From Hypanus sabinus (Eukaryota): a DNA stretch of 64,000 nt. The translations under genes were made by a program, and so were the position numbers. Within the stretch, counting starts at the first letter, position 1; each line of letters begins with the position of its first letter. Where the stretch lies: positions 109,616,001-109,680,000 of the forward strand of contig NC_082718.1 in NCBI RefSeq assembly GCF_030144855.1. The letters are read 5' to 3'. This document shows positions 24,301 through 37,440 of this stretch, piece after piece. The notes under the pieces were generated by a model. That model was not told the origin of the DNA and ran no database searches. It saw only the letters and a list, made by a program, of their open reading frames with translations.

Positions 24301-25323
24301 GGGGGGGGATGAAGCTAGATGTGCTTGGTTGACCACTCGGAGGGTCCTGAGCTGCGAGTCGAGGAGTTCGGAGGGGATCGAATGGTGGCCAGAAGACTTC
24401 AGTAATTGAGCTCCAACGGTTGTGCACGAAGTGGTTTGGACTTTGATAAGTTTGGCGCCTTTTCTTTATTTTTTCTCTTCATATATACTGTATCGTTATT
24501 AATCACTTAGTTATAGTAACCTTTATAAATTGTACTCATTTAATCGCTTATGGTATACTGTCTGTTTTTGGGCGAGGCGGGGACATCACACAGCATCCAC
24601 ACCAGCTGATTACTCAGTTTGGCGGGGCCGAAGGCTGCTCCCCCCTAGACGAGAACGAGCTGAGCGAGCCTGAGGTGACCCAGGGGGTTACATTGTGATG
24701 TTGGAGAGGGAGAGAGAGAGAGTGAGCGAGGGATGAGCAGCTGCAGCCAGCAAACCTACCGTTGTCGTCTTGTTCCGTTGTACTGTTGTGGTCATCGATT
24801 ATGACCCTTCCGTTCTCGGCTAGACTGTTCTTCAGTGGTGGACCTGTCACCCAGGCAAACACAAGCCCCCACCGGCCTGCCTTCACACACTGTGATCTTC
24901 GGACCGATTCCCCCGAATTAATCCTCCAAGCCCCCATCTTCCTGTGGGTGCACAACACTCTTACAGTTCCCAGTGGCGTGTCTGCCTGTGTCTCAGCAGA
25001 CCCGTCCTTTATCTCCCCTGCCGGGGTACCAGCCATCCATCAACTGATTATGTCCATCAAACTGGGCCACTCCCTTCTGTCTCCGCAAGCACCTGACATC
25101 ACTCTGCTGTGTCAGCAAGGATTCACGTAAGCAGGCAAAGTCCTTAGAAGTAAAGTCAACAAACAGCAAAGAAGCCATAATTTTAAATCCTTGTGTCTCT
25201 CTCATTATCAGCATGTGCAGCATGGCGCCTCTTTCCCTCTTTATCTCTCTCGTTAGCAACATAGTTCACTGGGGGTTCAACTCTGGACCCCATCTCCCCA
25301 TGGTTTTCTCATCATACATAACA
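21373..25323 (-). mobile_element. 3'-truncated Gmr1-like Gypsy LTR retrotransposon: 5' LTR 25323-23718, PBS, gag with SCAN-like capsid and Zn knuckle, protease, integrase N-terminus
   Basis: LTR termini tgttacgta/tacataaca; degenerate tRNA-Pro-like PBS at ~23696-23714; LVPPFEE..WAVLLQSVLKGK; LMLIEQFK..AKLADEY; WRDTGA; H..GGH..FYWP..CHTC immediately after the protease. Confidence 0.9.
23988..24692 (+). mobile_element. Solo LTR (705 bp) nested in the Gypsy 5' LTR
   Basis: TGTAA...TTACA termini; TSD TTGT at 23984-23987 and 24693-24696; CpG-rich. Orientation inferred. Confidence 0.88.
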
Positions 25324-25830
25324 ATACCATCTGGAAATCTTGTTCTTGGCCACAGAAACTCCTGCCTGTTCCCCTAACTAATGAATCCCCTATCACCACA
25401 GCTTGCCTCTTCTTCTCTTCCCCCCACCCCCTTCCCTCTGAGTCACAGAGGCAAACTCACCAACTGCAACTTTTCTCTGTTAAGCCACTCCCCCCCCCCC
25501 CCCAACCTCCTCCCGATAGTATTCAAAGTGATGGCCACAAGGGTCCTTAACTCTGCACTGGCTCCTTAACCACTTCCCCCTTCCTGACTGTCACCCATTT
25601 TCCTGTGTCTTGCACTTTGGGTGTAACTAACTTTCTATAGGTCCTATCTATCACGCCATCAGCTCCCTGAATGATTTGTTCATTAACGTCATTTGTTAGA
25701 ATCTGCAGCTGGATGCACTTCTTGAAGTTCTAGTCATCAGAGAGACTGGAGGTCTCCCTGCCTTCCCACATCCTGCAAGCAGAGCATTGCACTGTCCTTC
25801 CTGACATCTCTATTGTCCTAGCTGAGCAGA
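25324..25830 (-). mobile_element. CR1 ORF1 region
   Basis: Similar to the ORF1 parts at ~29150-29450 and ~45180-45290; Cys-rich N-terminal remnant at ~25700-25800. Confidence 0.7.
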
Positions 25831-26284
25831 TAGGAAGAAGAGAATGGGGAAAAGAGAGGTTTTCTTTCCTTTGCTTTCTCTGAGTGAAGCCTTTCTTCAC
25901 AGAGGCCTTGTAAAGCTAAAGCCTTAAGCACACCACTCTGACTACGTCCACTCGATGGGCGGTGCGCCGATTGGTCACTGGTCAAAACTCTTTGACGCTG
26001 TTGCGACCTGCTTCTATCTTTTATCCTTCTACAGTGGACCTGATAAAGTCCCCTCCTCTCTAAACTTCCTATGTCTGTATTGGCCACTAGTCAAAGCTCT
26101 GTTTAAGTAAAATACAAAACAAATTAGATGCTATCAATATTACTGCAGTACTGTATAATTGTATTAGTTAATAGTTTTTGACTGAGAAATTCCTCCAATC
26201 TATGCTGTCATGTTCTTTTGACTGTAAATGAATAAAATCAGCACAGAAACCTAGTGGACCAATGCTAACATTAATTTCAAAATA

Positions 26285-26448
26285 AGATCATTGGGTGTAT
26301 TTAAGGTGGAAATTAAGGGGTTCTTGATTGGTCACAGCATCGAAGGTTACGGGGAGAAGGGCGGGGGGGGGGTGGAGGATCAGCCATGATTGATTGTTGG
26401 AACAGACTTGATGGGCCAAAAGGCTTAATTCTGCTCCTATGTCTTATG
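26285..26448 (+). mobile_element. CR1 3' end
   Basis: 'ggatcagccatgattga...aaggcttaattctgctcctatgtcttatgg'. Confidence 0.7.
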
Positions 26449-26590
26449 GAATTCCGGTTCTTACTTAGAGGGAGACTTTCCTCTTTGTTAAAATTCTTTT
26501 CCTCTAGTTTTATTTCAATGGCTTCCTTCATCAGGCAGTTCCAAAGGCCATTGGCATGGCACAGTAGTTTTGTGATGCCATTTTCATTTA
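26449..26590 (-). mobile_element. Penelope-like element GIY-YIG endonuclease C-terminal fragment
   Basis: TKLLCHANGLWNCLMKEAIEIKLEEKNFNKEESLPLSKN matches the EAIEI..NFN pattern of Penelope endonucleases. Confidence 0.75.
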
Positions 26591-26619
26591 ATTATGGACC
26601 TATATTCCCAAATCCATTT

Positions 26620-29460
26620 GTTCTACCACATTCTCATTGCCCTACTCCTCACTGTGTAAGATCTATCCTGGCTGGTCTTACCTAAGTGCAAAACCTCGCA
26701 ACTGTCTACATTAAATTCCTTCTGCCATTTTTCCAGTTGATGCAAATCCCTCTGCAAGCCATGATAGCCTTCCTCTCTGTCCAGTTCACCCCAAGTGTTG
26801 GTGTCATCAGCAAATTTGCTGATACAGTTATCCTCATTATCATCCAAATCATTGATATAGATGCCAAACAACAAAGGATCCAGCACCCATCCCTGCAGCA
26901 CACTGCTTGTCACAGACCTCCAGTCAGAAAGGCAATCATCTACCACAAAGTCAATGTCTAGTCCATTTTACTACCTCAGCTTGAATGCCACGTGACTGAA
27001 CATTCTTGACCAGCCCCCCCCATGTGGTACCTTGTCAAATGCCTTGCTAAAGTCCATGTAGACAACATCCACTGCCTTGCCTTCATCTCCTTTCCTGGTA
27101 ACTCACTCAAAACACTCTATAAGGTTGGTTAGACATAACCTACAATGCACAAAGCTGTGCTGACTATTCTTAATGTCATTACAAATATATCTGGTCCCTT
27201 AGAATACCTTCCAATAACTTTCCCACAGCTGATGTCAGACTCACTGGCCTATAATTTCCTGGTTATGTTGGAGCCTTTTTTAAATAGCTGAATGACATTG
27301 GCTATCCTCCAATTCTCTGGTACTTCTCCCTTTGCTAAGTATGTTGTAAGTATCTCTTCTCAAGCCCCAGCAATTTCTATACTTGCCTCTCATCGGGTCT
27401 AAGAGAACACCTTGTCAGGCTCTGGGGATTTATCCACCCTGATTTTCCTCAGGTAAGAAACACCTCCTCTTCTGTAATCTGAAGTTGATGCCACTTTGCC
27501 TCACTTCTATAGACTCTGTGTCTGTCTCCTGAGTAAATATAGATTCAAAAAAATTATTTATGATCTCCCTTCATCTGTTTTGGCTCACATGTGGATTATC
27601 ATACTGATCTTCCAGAGAACCAATTTCGTCCCTTGCAGTCCTTTTGCTCTTAACATATCTGTAGAATCCCTTAGGATTCTCCTTCACCTTGTTTGCTAGA
27701 TTAAATTCATGCCTTCTTTTAGCCCTCCTGATTTCTTTATTAATTGTTCTCTTGTATTTCTTATACTTCATAAGCACCTCATTTGTTCCTGTGTTCCTGT
27801 CTGCCTACATCTGCTATGCACTTCCTCTTTTTTGTCTTAGCCAGGGCTTAAATATTTCTTGAAAACCAAGGTTCCCTACACTCGTTATCTTTACCTTTTA
27901 TTCTGACAGGCACATACAAGCTTTGTACTCTCAAAATTTCAGTTTTGAAGGCCTCCCACTTACCAAGTATACCTTTGCAAGAAAACACCCAATCCACAGT
28001 TGCTAGATCATTTCTGATACCATCAAAATTGGCCTTTCTCCAATTTAAAATCTGACCAGACATTTTTTTTTAGCATATTTACTTTAAAACTAATGACATT
28101 GTGTTCCCTAGGTGAAAAATGTTCCCCTACACTAAATTCTGTCACCTGCCCCATGTCAGTCCCTCATAACAGATCCAGTATTGCGCACTCTCTCATTGGG
28201 ACTTCTATGTACTGATTTTAAAACTTTCCTGAACACATTTGACAAACTATCCCTTCTAGTCCTTTTATCGTATGGGAGTCCCAGTCAATATGTGGAAAGT
28301 TAAGATCACCTACTATAACAACGTTATGTTTCTTGCAACAGTCTGCAAGCTCTGTACAAATTTGTTCTTCTAAATCCCTCAGACTATAGGGTGATCTATA
28401 ATATAGCCCCATTAACATGGTCATACCTTTCTTATTTCAGTTCTGCCCATAACGTCTCACGAGACGAGTTCTCCAGTCTGTCCTGACAGAGTGCAGCAGT
28501 AACTGACTAATGGAACTCTGGGATATTGAGCTGCCAGTCCTGCCTCTCCTGCAACCAAGTCTCACTAATGGCTACAATATCATAATTCCAAATGTTGATC
28601 CGTGCTCTGAGCTCATCCACCTTTCCTACAATACTTATGCAGCTCAGGACACTACTTGCACCATACTAAACTTTTTGACTCCTGAATTTGTCTGATGTCT
28701 TAGCAACATCTGTCTCCACAACTTCTCCACTATCTGTTCTGGCACTCTGGTTCCCATTCCCCTGCAACTATAATTTAAACCCCACCATGCAGCATTAACA
28801 AACCTTCCCACTAGGATATTTGTCCCCTTCCAGTTCAGGTACAGGTCTCACCTTCCCTGGAAGAGAGCACAGTGATCCAAAAATCTTCTGCCCTCCCTCC
28901 TACACCAAATCTTTAGCCATATGTTATACTGTATAATCTTTCCTATTTCTGGACTCAGCATGTGACATGGGTAGCAATCCTAAAATCAGAACTCTAGAGG
29001 TTCTGTTCTTTAACTTAACACCTAACTCTCTGAACTCCCTTTATAGAACCTCATCACTTGTCCTATCCATGTCATTGGTACCTACATGTTCACCTTCTAC
29101 TTGAGAATGCTGAGGACTCAGTCCAAAATATCCTAGACCCTGGTACCTGGGAGGCAACATACCATCTGCGAATCTCGTTCTCGCCCGTAGAACCTCCTTT
29201 CTGCTTTCCTAATGAATGAATCCCCTATCACCACAGCTTGCTGTCCCCCATCCCTTCTGAGTCACACAGCCAGACTCAGTGTCAGAGACCCAACAGCTGT
29301 TAGATAATTCATGCCCACCCCCAACAGTATCCAAAGTGATATAAAATTATTGAGGGAGATGGCCACAGGGGTACTCTGCTCTACTCCTTAACCTCTTTCC
29401 TCTTCCTAACTGTCACCCTGTTTCTTGTATCCTGCCCCTTGGGTGGAACAACCTTTTTCT
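26620..29460 (-). mobile_element. Decayed CR1 LINE (ORF1, EN, RT)
   Basis: QGWVLDPLLF.IYINDLD, ISKFADDT, KENPKGFYRY, VIVGDLNFPHIDW. Confidence 0.9.
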
Positions 29461-29824
29461 TCCAGATGTGCTCCTTTGAACTCCACATTGAACCAAGATA
29501 TAGTAATGGTAGGTTTTGGGTTTTGTGAGGCCTTGAGTTTGCACTTATCCCGCTGACCAGTGAATTCCCAGTTTCAAACTGCCAAATCTGTTCTAAATGT
29601 TTTTCCTTTAATATGATAGTAATGCAACACAATACAATGAAGGACATCCTCAGTGTGAAGATTGGACTTTCCCTACACTTATTGCTACGCCAACCAACAT
29701 GTGTAGTTACCGCAGCTATGTTGGTGAGGGGAGTGTTTGCCATGTTTATCCCTTGAGTTGGTTCTCTCATCCCTTGCCTGCAGCCCAGACTGGGCTGATT
29801 GTTGTTCAGGTCCAGGCCACTTGG

Positions 29825-30045
29825 TGCTGCTGAATGTTGGAGGAGCTCAGCAAGTCAGGCAGTACCTACAGAGAGGAACAAACAGTCATCATTTCAAGCT
29901 GACACACTTCATCAAGTTTACAGTCGTGATGCAGGGTTGCAGCCCAAATCATTGGCTCTTTATCCATAGATGTTGCCTGCCTGAATTTTTTCCAATATTT
30001 TGTGTATGTTGTTCTGGATTTCCAGCATCTACAGTATCTCTTGTG
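29825..30045. mobile_element. Degenerate palindromic Penelope-derived element
   Basis: 'aatgttggaggagctcagcaagtcaggcag' inverted against 'gatgttgcctgcctgaattttttccaatattt'; ends 'ttccagcatctacagtatctc'. Confidence 0.6.
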
Positions 30046-30749
30046 TTTATGGTGTTACTGTACCCTATTAGGTCTGCCATCCAAATGGCAGTTCTGTGTC
30101 CTTACTGCTTTCAGTGCTTCCTTCAACATGGAGTACCAGTACATCAGCTGAAGGAAGAAGAGTGGTAATCAGCTAAAATTTCCTTTGATGTGTCTAACAC
30201 AATACTTTGAACCTTCAGAGTTGATACTGAGGGCTGTATGAATACCTTTAATTCTGACATGCAGTAGACAGGATGAATGCAGGGGTCACAATGGAGCTGA
30301 CGAAGCTGCTGCTTTTCCAGTCTGTGAGATCGTTCTCCTAATTTAGATGGCAGTCTAAATTGAGTTAGGCGTGCCTTTGTGTTTCCAAATTTGGTGCCTC
30401 GGCTCTTGCTGGGATATCTGTTCTGTTTTATTTTTATTTTTCAACTGAGTGGCTTGTGCAGACATTTTGGAGGGCAGTTAAATGTCATCCAGATTGCAGG
30501 ACTGATTGAAATAAGGACAACTGATTAGAACAATGCTGTTTGTGTGTGTGGCCATGTATTTGCAATAGTGGTCAAAAGTAGAGGTGTAAATGTACAAGTG
30601 AATGTGAGACTTTCATGGGTCCACCTAAAATTGATGAAATGCTGAGTTTAGAGCATGAGGAGGCTATGAAACCTGAAGATCTTTTAAATTGTGTAGCCAA
30701 AGGGTTCTTTTTAAAAAAAATACCGAGCCCCTTAATAAAGCCTCATGGC

Positions 30750-32215
30750 CTGACAATATATTCCCTCGCAGTTTGTGAGAGGCCAGTGCAGAATCTGCAG
30801 CGACCCTAGCAGAGATCTTTAAAACGTCCTTAGCCATGGGTGAGGTGCCAGTGGACTAGAGTACAGTTCGTGTAGTTCCATTGTTTAAGAAAGGCTTTGT
30901 ATATCTGTAGTTTAAAATGGGAAATTATAGGCTTTTAATGGTTAAGTTAGTGGAAAGTATTCTCAGGGACTGGATATTTAATTATTTGGGTAGACAGGGA
31001 CTGATTGAGGATAGTCAACATGGCTTTGGGAGTGGTGTCTTACCAATCTGAAAAGTTTTTTGAAGAAGTTACCAAAAAAGTTGAAGAAGGCAAGGCAGTG
31101 GATATTGTTTACATGGACTTTTGCAGGGCAAAATGACAAGGTCCTGCATGGGAGGTTAGTCAAGAAATTTCAATCATTTGGCATTCAAGCTGAGGTAGTA
31201 AATTGTATTGGGCATTAGCTCCAGAAGCCTGACTGTGGTAGTTGATCATTGCCTCTCTGGAGGCCTGTGAACAGTGAGGTGCTTCAGGGATCTGTGCTTG
31301 GTCCATTGTTCGTTATCTAAATCAACGATCTGGATGATAATGTGGTAAACCTGATCAGCAAATTTGAGGATGAAACAAAGACTGGGGGCAAAGTGGGCAA
31401 AAAAGAAGGCTATCAAAGTCTGCAGCAGGATCTAGGCCAGTTGGAAAAAGTAGCAGATAGAACTTAATGTAGCCAAGTGTTGAAGTACAGTATTGCACTT
31501 TGTTGTGGGGGAGAGGGGTTATCAAACGAGGATAGGCTTGCACAGTGAGCAGTAGGGCACTGAGTGGTGTGGTAGAAGAGGGACCTAGGAATATTGATCC
31601 TTATTTCTTTGAAAATGGTGTCACATGTAGAGAGGGTAGTAAAGAGAGCTTTTGGCTCATTGGCCTTCATAAATCAAAGTATTAAGTATAGGAGTTAGGA
31701 TGTTATGTTGAAGTACTATAGAACATTGTTGAAGCCTAATTTGGAGTATCTGGTCATCTACCTACAGAAAAGATACCATTAAGATTACAGGAAAGATATC
31801 ATTAAGATTGAAAGAATACAGAGAAAATTTACAAGGATATTGCTAGGATTTGAGCACCTGATTTATAGAGGAAGATTGAATAGATTAGGACTTTATTCCC
31901 CACAGTGTAGAAGATTTGAGAGAGCTATGCAAAATTAGAAGGACTAATAAATAAGAAAAATGTAAGCAGGCTTTTTCCACTGTGGTTAGGTGACTGGAGG
32001 TCATTAGTTAAGGTTGAGAGGTGAAATGTTTAAGGTGAACATGAAGAGGATCTTCGTTCTGAGAGTGGTAAGAGTGTGGAATGAGCATTTAAGAGAAATG
32101 GAAGGGAGGGATATGAAGGGCTATAGGCATGCTATGAAGGTGCATGTTAATGGGACTAGGCATATTAATTGTGCAAAGGGCTTGTCTCTGTGCTAGTGTT
32201 CCATAACTCTGACTA
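30750..32215 (+). mobile_element. Decayed CR1 LINE RT to 3' end
   Basis: 'gtggatattgtttacatggacttt', 'cagggatctgtgcttggtcc', 'atcaacgatctggatgat'; CR1-like 3' end. Confidence 0.85.
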
Positions 32216-32323
32216 AATGTTTCTGTAGAAAAAGTATGTATAAAACTGAAGAATTAATGATTGGAAAATAAAGAAATAACAGATTTTGTACAAAAATTTA
32301 TATTCTGTTCATGTGAGAATATA

Positions 32324-32766
32324 CAGGTGGCCCCCCGTTTTTCGAACGTTTGCTTTTCAACAGCTCACTTTATACGTGTGTTTATCCCAAGAAAGACTAC
32401 CATGACCATGAAGCCTTGTGCGGGCAGTTGTATGCGCATGCGTGTACGTGCTGTTTTTTTTTCTCCAAGTTGATTTTGGCTTGCTGTCTTCCCGATTTTG
32501 ATAAGTGAAACTACACTGTACATACATTATTTCTACTTTATAAAGGCTGTATATTTATCATGTCATTCCTGCTTTTACTATATGTTTGTGTTACTTTAGG
32601 TTTTATGTGTTGTTTGGTATGCTTTGATAGGTTATTTTTTGGGTCTGGGAACGCTCAAAAATTTTTCCCATATAAATTAATGGTAATTGCTTCTTCACTT
32701 TACGACATTTCAGCTTACAAACGGTTTCATAGGATCTCTCTACTTTCGGATAGCGAGGGAAACCTG
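32324..32766. mobile_element. Non-autonomous Tc1/mariner (pogo/Tigger-like) element
   Basis: TA|CAGGT...ACCTG|TA; imperfect TIRs (CAGGTGGCCCCCCGTTTTTCGAA vs CAGGTTTCCCTCGCTATCCGAA). Confidence 0.7.
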
Positions 32767-32897
32767 TACTTGAGTATTCCAACAATAGAAAGTCCAGGAC
32801 CAAGAAAAAGTGGGGAGGACAACAGGGAAACAATTTAAAACAACCAAGACTTAACAGTTTGTAGGTTAATTGGTCATTGTAAATTATCCCATGATTA

Positions 32898-35617
32898 AGT
32901 GTTTTCCAATCTTTTTTAGCCCAACGCCCCCTGAAGCACCTTCATATTTGCCAATGCCCCTCTTAGGCACAATATACTTTCCAGCACTTCCGTTGTGTAA
33001 AAACATGTCTACCAAATGCTAACATGATAAAAATGGTCCTACTTTAAATTTTTATTTGTCTTTAAACTAGTTTACACAGTACCTGTATGCTGTACAGCAG
33101 CTTTGATATCAATATGATCCTTGAGCTTGATGGATTTCAGCAAGAGATCTGATTCAAATTGTGATAGCAAAAGCCTTAAGTCCTCACATATAATAATGTC
33201 CAAGCGGTTTCTGTTTCTTGTGAGTATGTGATTCACTGCACTGAAGCCTATTTCAACAAGGTAGGAGAATGGAAATGCAATGAAGAGCATTTGGCTCTTC
33301 TCTAAAGACCAAGAAGCTTAGTATGACAGTGTAACCACATACCACAAAAGCCAACATTTTTGAAAAGCATTTTTGATAATTTTTTGTAAGCTCTCTTCCT
33401 GTTCTTCCACCTTGCAAAGAAATGGGGTAATTACCCAGTCCGGAATTTCCAGATTGTTCAAATCCTTGAATCGATTCTGAAAATCCTTCAGTGATAGCAG
33501 GTGTATGGAGCACTCTTACAAATCACTATATGTGAAAGAGAGTGCCATACTTTCCATGCAGTGAGAACATTCTTCTCCTAATGTTTTGTTATATATTTCC
33601 AGCTTTCCGATAAAAGTGGACACTGCGCTTTATGCCTGGATTAAATTGAAATTCTCATCTTGCGGTTTCATATTTAGAGTGTTCACTTTGTCGTACAGAT
33701 AGGCTAGGTATGCCACATCTCCATGTAGAAGTTCAATCTTGTTTCCCAAGCTCTTGTTGCCTTTGGGCAAAAATTCACCATCTGTGTCTAAAGATCCAAT
33801 AAATGTTTTAAGCAGCAGCCTTTTGACAGCTGCTGTCAAGTGATCAAGTGTTCGAATTCTTCATCATTATCTTGGCATAACTGACAAAATAATATGCTCT
33901 TTTAGGGATGTGCTTTAATTTTGTTGATAGCAGATATTATAAGTCATGCTTGGAAAAGTCTCTGGCTGTGGTTTTTGGCAGCAAGATGTTGACGATGAAT
34001 TACACAATGGATTACAAACAGTCTTGGCATTTATGGAAAAAAGAAATTCCACTAAACCAGTATATATATGTCATATATGGTGCTCCATCTGTTGCACGAG
34101 AAATCATGTTCCTAGTCAGAATACTTTTATCCTCAACTTACATTCTAAGCTCATCATAGATTGATTCTCTGTTAATACTTGTTTTTAGCTTTTTACAAAA
34201 GGAAATTTCTTCATAAACTTCTGTTTTTGATAAACCATACATATGCCTTTAGCACTACTTCGACTCATCCAGTTGTATCCCAAATTCTGTTTTTTGTAGC
34301 TCTGTGCATAGTTGATACTCAATGTCTTCACTCATTTCCTCAATAAGACCAGCTATAGAGTTATTACTCAGATGAATTGATTTTAAAGTACTGGTTTCCA
34401 TTTTGAGAACAGTGTTGAGCATTTCTGATACAGCAGGCATTATTAATCTTACGCCAATTGTATGAGATTTCCACACTTTGCTATCATTTTGGAAATATAA
34501 GAAGCAGTGAGACCACTATCAATGTATTTTTAACTTTCTTGGCAAATGACTCAAATGTGCAACACTTTTCAAATGCTTCTTCCCTCTTCTGGAACTGAGT
34601 AACATTGTAAGTAGTCTTTTCAGGGTGTCTTTTACAGAAGAGTTCCTGCAATCTTGATAGTTTTAGACAGCACAGTACTACAAATAAGAAACGTGGGGCG
34701 TCGCTGATCAGGCGGGAACAGAATAAAACCATACTCCAGGAGTGTAATATTGTATTGACGCACTTTCTGTAGTTTCTTTTTCTTAACAAGATTAGAATTC
34801 TAGGCTTCACTGCCTTCAGGCTTGCAGAGATTGTGCTGTACATATTAACAGAGCTAAATTAAGATAAAAAATTAACACAAACTGGGAATGCCTATCAGAT
34901 GTTGACGACAGCAGCAAGTTCACATGGATAGAACAATGGTGGCAAAGGAACAGCGAGGCAAAGATGAAGACTATCACAACAGCAAAAATTATGTTAACAA
35001 GGACTCAGATTAGAATCTGAATGTCCATTGAGATAGAGCTGGTGTTCAACAAGCTACCTTTATACTATTCCAATTAGTGTGATTGAACAATCACGTAAGG
35101 TCTCATAATCCCCAAAGATGGTTCTTGACTGCAGATCTGAAGCCAACGTCGCTTTGAACACCTGAAGAAGAATCCTCGAGGTTGGCAGGTTCACTGGCAA
35201 TGTTCCACCATTTGGTTTTGTATCATTGTGTGACCTGTTTTCTGTAGATCTATAGAGAAAGTTGAGAGTGTGTAATCAACCTACCAACTGTTAAATTGCA
35301 TGAACTTGTTCTGTGCCACGAGTGATGGGGAACTGTTGAGCACCCTGGTTGTCTATTGGTTGGTAAGGTCAGATGAAATTGCTGAGTTTCAGGTGCATTT
35401 GACAACGAGAACTCACCGCCTGCAGAGCAATGGTTTTTTCTGTGTTTCAGTTGGCTCTTTCCCTTTTTTTGGGAAGTCCCTGCTGTACTAATGGTCAGAT
35501 AGGTCTCATGCCTTAGTTAGAGTACCGCTTACCACCCCCACCCTCCCCGTCCCCCAAGAATATTGAACACATCCCAAAGACTTCTTTTTCCCCTAATGCC
35601 CCATTGGGAGATCATCG
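32898..35617 (-). mobile_element. Decayed hAT (Charlie/Buster-type) DNA transposon inserted in a SINE
   Basis: Transposase fragments HTIG.RLIMPA..HLSNNSI..FGIQLDES, DVAYLAYLYDKVN.LN, FPFSYLVEIGFSAV..RNRLD; degenerate TIRs; SINE halves at ~32855-32897 and ~35618-35697. Confidence 0.85.
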
Positions 35618-36399
35618 AACTAGATTAAATAGGGGGAATGCTGGATGCCACAGCTTGAAGGGCCTATTCTGTGTTGTATCTCAATAAATAAATAAAATGA
35701 CTGTCATTACTGTAAAGGGTAATGGGATTGAAAGATAAAAATATAAAAATAACGGGGTGAGTCCTTCTGAACCAGTGATCCACATCCTTGGGCATTAATG
35801 GCTTCAGAGACAGTAGATGCAATTATCATGATCTTCCAATTCTCAAAGTTTGAATGAGTTGAAAGATTGTGAATGTAAGCACTCACGAATGATGAAGTAG
35901 AAAAGATAGAGAGCAAGAAACTATAGACTACCTAGCTTGGCATTATAATAGGGTAAATGTTGAAATTCATTATTTTTAAAGTGATCATGGGGTATTTTAG
36001 AAAATTATAGTACTGTGAAGCAGCACTTTCATGGAAAGAAATTGTTTTGATAAATTTTGTTGTAGCTCGTATAAACATGCACAAATTAAAAACAGGGCTC
36101 TGTCTGCTTCCTCATTTACGTAATGATTTCATGGCTGATCTCTTTGTAACCTCAATTTGCATTCCTGTCCATCCACAGCAACCTTTCATCACCTTGCTTA
36201 TCATTAATTTATTTCTTTAAAATTAGTCAAAGGTTCTGCTTCCTCTACCTTTTGCAGAAGCGGAATTGCAAAGGCTCATGATCTCAGGAAAAAAAATGTT
36301 CCATCTGTATTTAAAGAGAAACTTGGGCAAACTTCAGAAATAAGAGGTTTGTTATGACACAAGATAGGATGATGAAGGATTAGCAAATTAACAAAGTAG

Positions 36400-37440
36400 A
36401 GTTAGTTATAATCCACGTTGAGTATTTACAATTTATATTAATGATGGTAGAAGAGACTAAATGTATTAAAGCCATATTTGCTGCTGATATAACGATGGAT
36501 AGGAATGCAAATTAAGGAAATGGAGAATGTATGGTTAGTGTTGGCAAAGAGTAGGCAGATGGAGTGTAATACAGAAAATACAAGTACTTAACTTTGAAAG
36601 GAAGAATAAAAAAAGTAAAATATAGTTTTTTTAAATGGAGAGATTGTAAAACATTTATGGAAAGACATTAGTGACTTTATTTGTATAAGAAACACAAAGT
36701 TCAGATGGCAAAATGTAATGTTGGCACTTATTGTAACATGGAGTTTAAAACTGTGGAGGTTTGCTCTGTACGTTGATGAGACTACACATGGACTCTATGT
36801 AGAGTTTTGGCCTTATTTATACTCTTACTGAAGGCACTTTTAAAAGTTTATGAAAACACAAAATGCTGGCAGAACTCAGCGGCCCAGACGGCATCTATGG
36901 AGGAGGTAGTGACGACGTTTCGGACTGAAACCCTTCATCAGGAGTGAAGTAACATGGGATGGTCGGGGGGGTGGGGGGAGGGATGAAGTAGAGAGCTGGG
37001 AAATGATAGGCTGAAGGGAAATGGGCTAGGGGGAAGGTGGAGAATTATGGGAAATAAAAGAGAAAGAAAGGTAGGACTGGGGGGAGATTATAGTGAGGGG
37101 GGGAAAAGAGAAAGAGAACCAGACTAAAATTATAGATAGGGATGGGGTGAGGGGGGCAGGGGTATTGGTTGATTTCTGGAGTGAATGGGTTGAATTGAGC
37201 AGAAAACTTGAGCAGATTAAGTTTACACTTAATAGAGTTAAGAAAAGTAAGGAGTGATCTTATTGAAACAATAAGATTCTGTTTGATAAGTGCTGACAGT
37301 GTTTCCCCTCGTAAAGGAACCAAGAACTAGGGAGTGTTGTTTCAGAATAACAAATTGCCTATTTGATGGAGGCAAGAAGGAATTCGTTCTGAAGTTTGTG
37401 GATCTTTGGAATTTCATGCAGTTGTATATCCCCAGCATAC
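36400..37440 (+). mobile_element. Old CR1 fragment interrupted by a Penelope 3' fragment
   Basis: Remnants 'tttgctgctgatata', 'gagactacacatggactc..gttttggcctta', 'gtgatcttattgaaaca'. Confidence 0.6.
36852..37165 (-). mobile_element. Penelope-like 3' terminal fragment with an intact hammerhead core
   Basis: Minus strand: pyrimidine-rich tract, then CTGATGA-A-GGG-TTTCAG-TCC-GAAA-CG-TC (36941-36914), then 'atagatgccgtctgggccgctgagttctgccagcattttgtg'. Confidence 0.8.
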
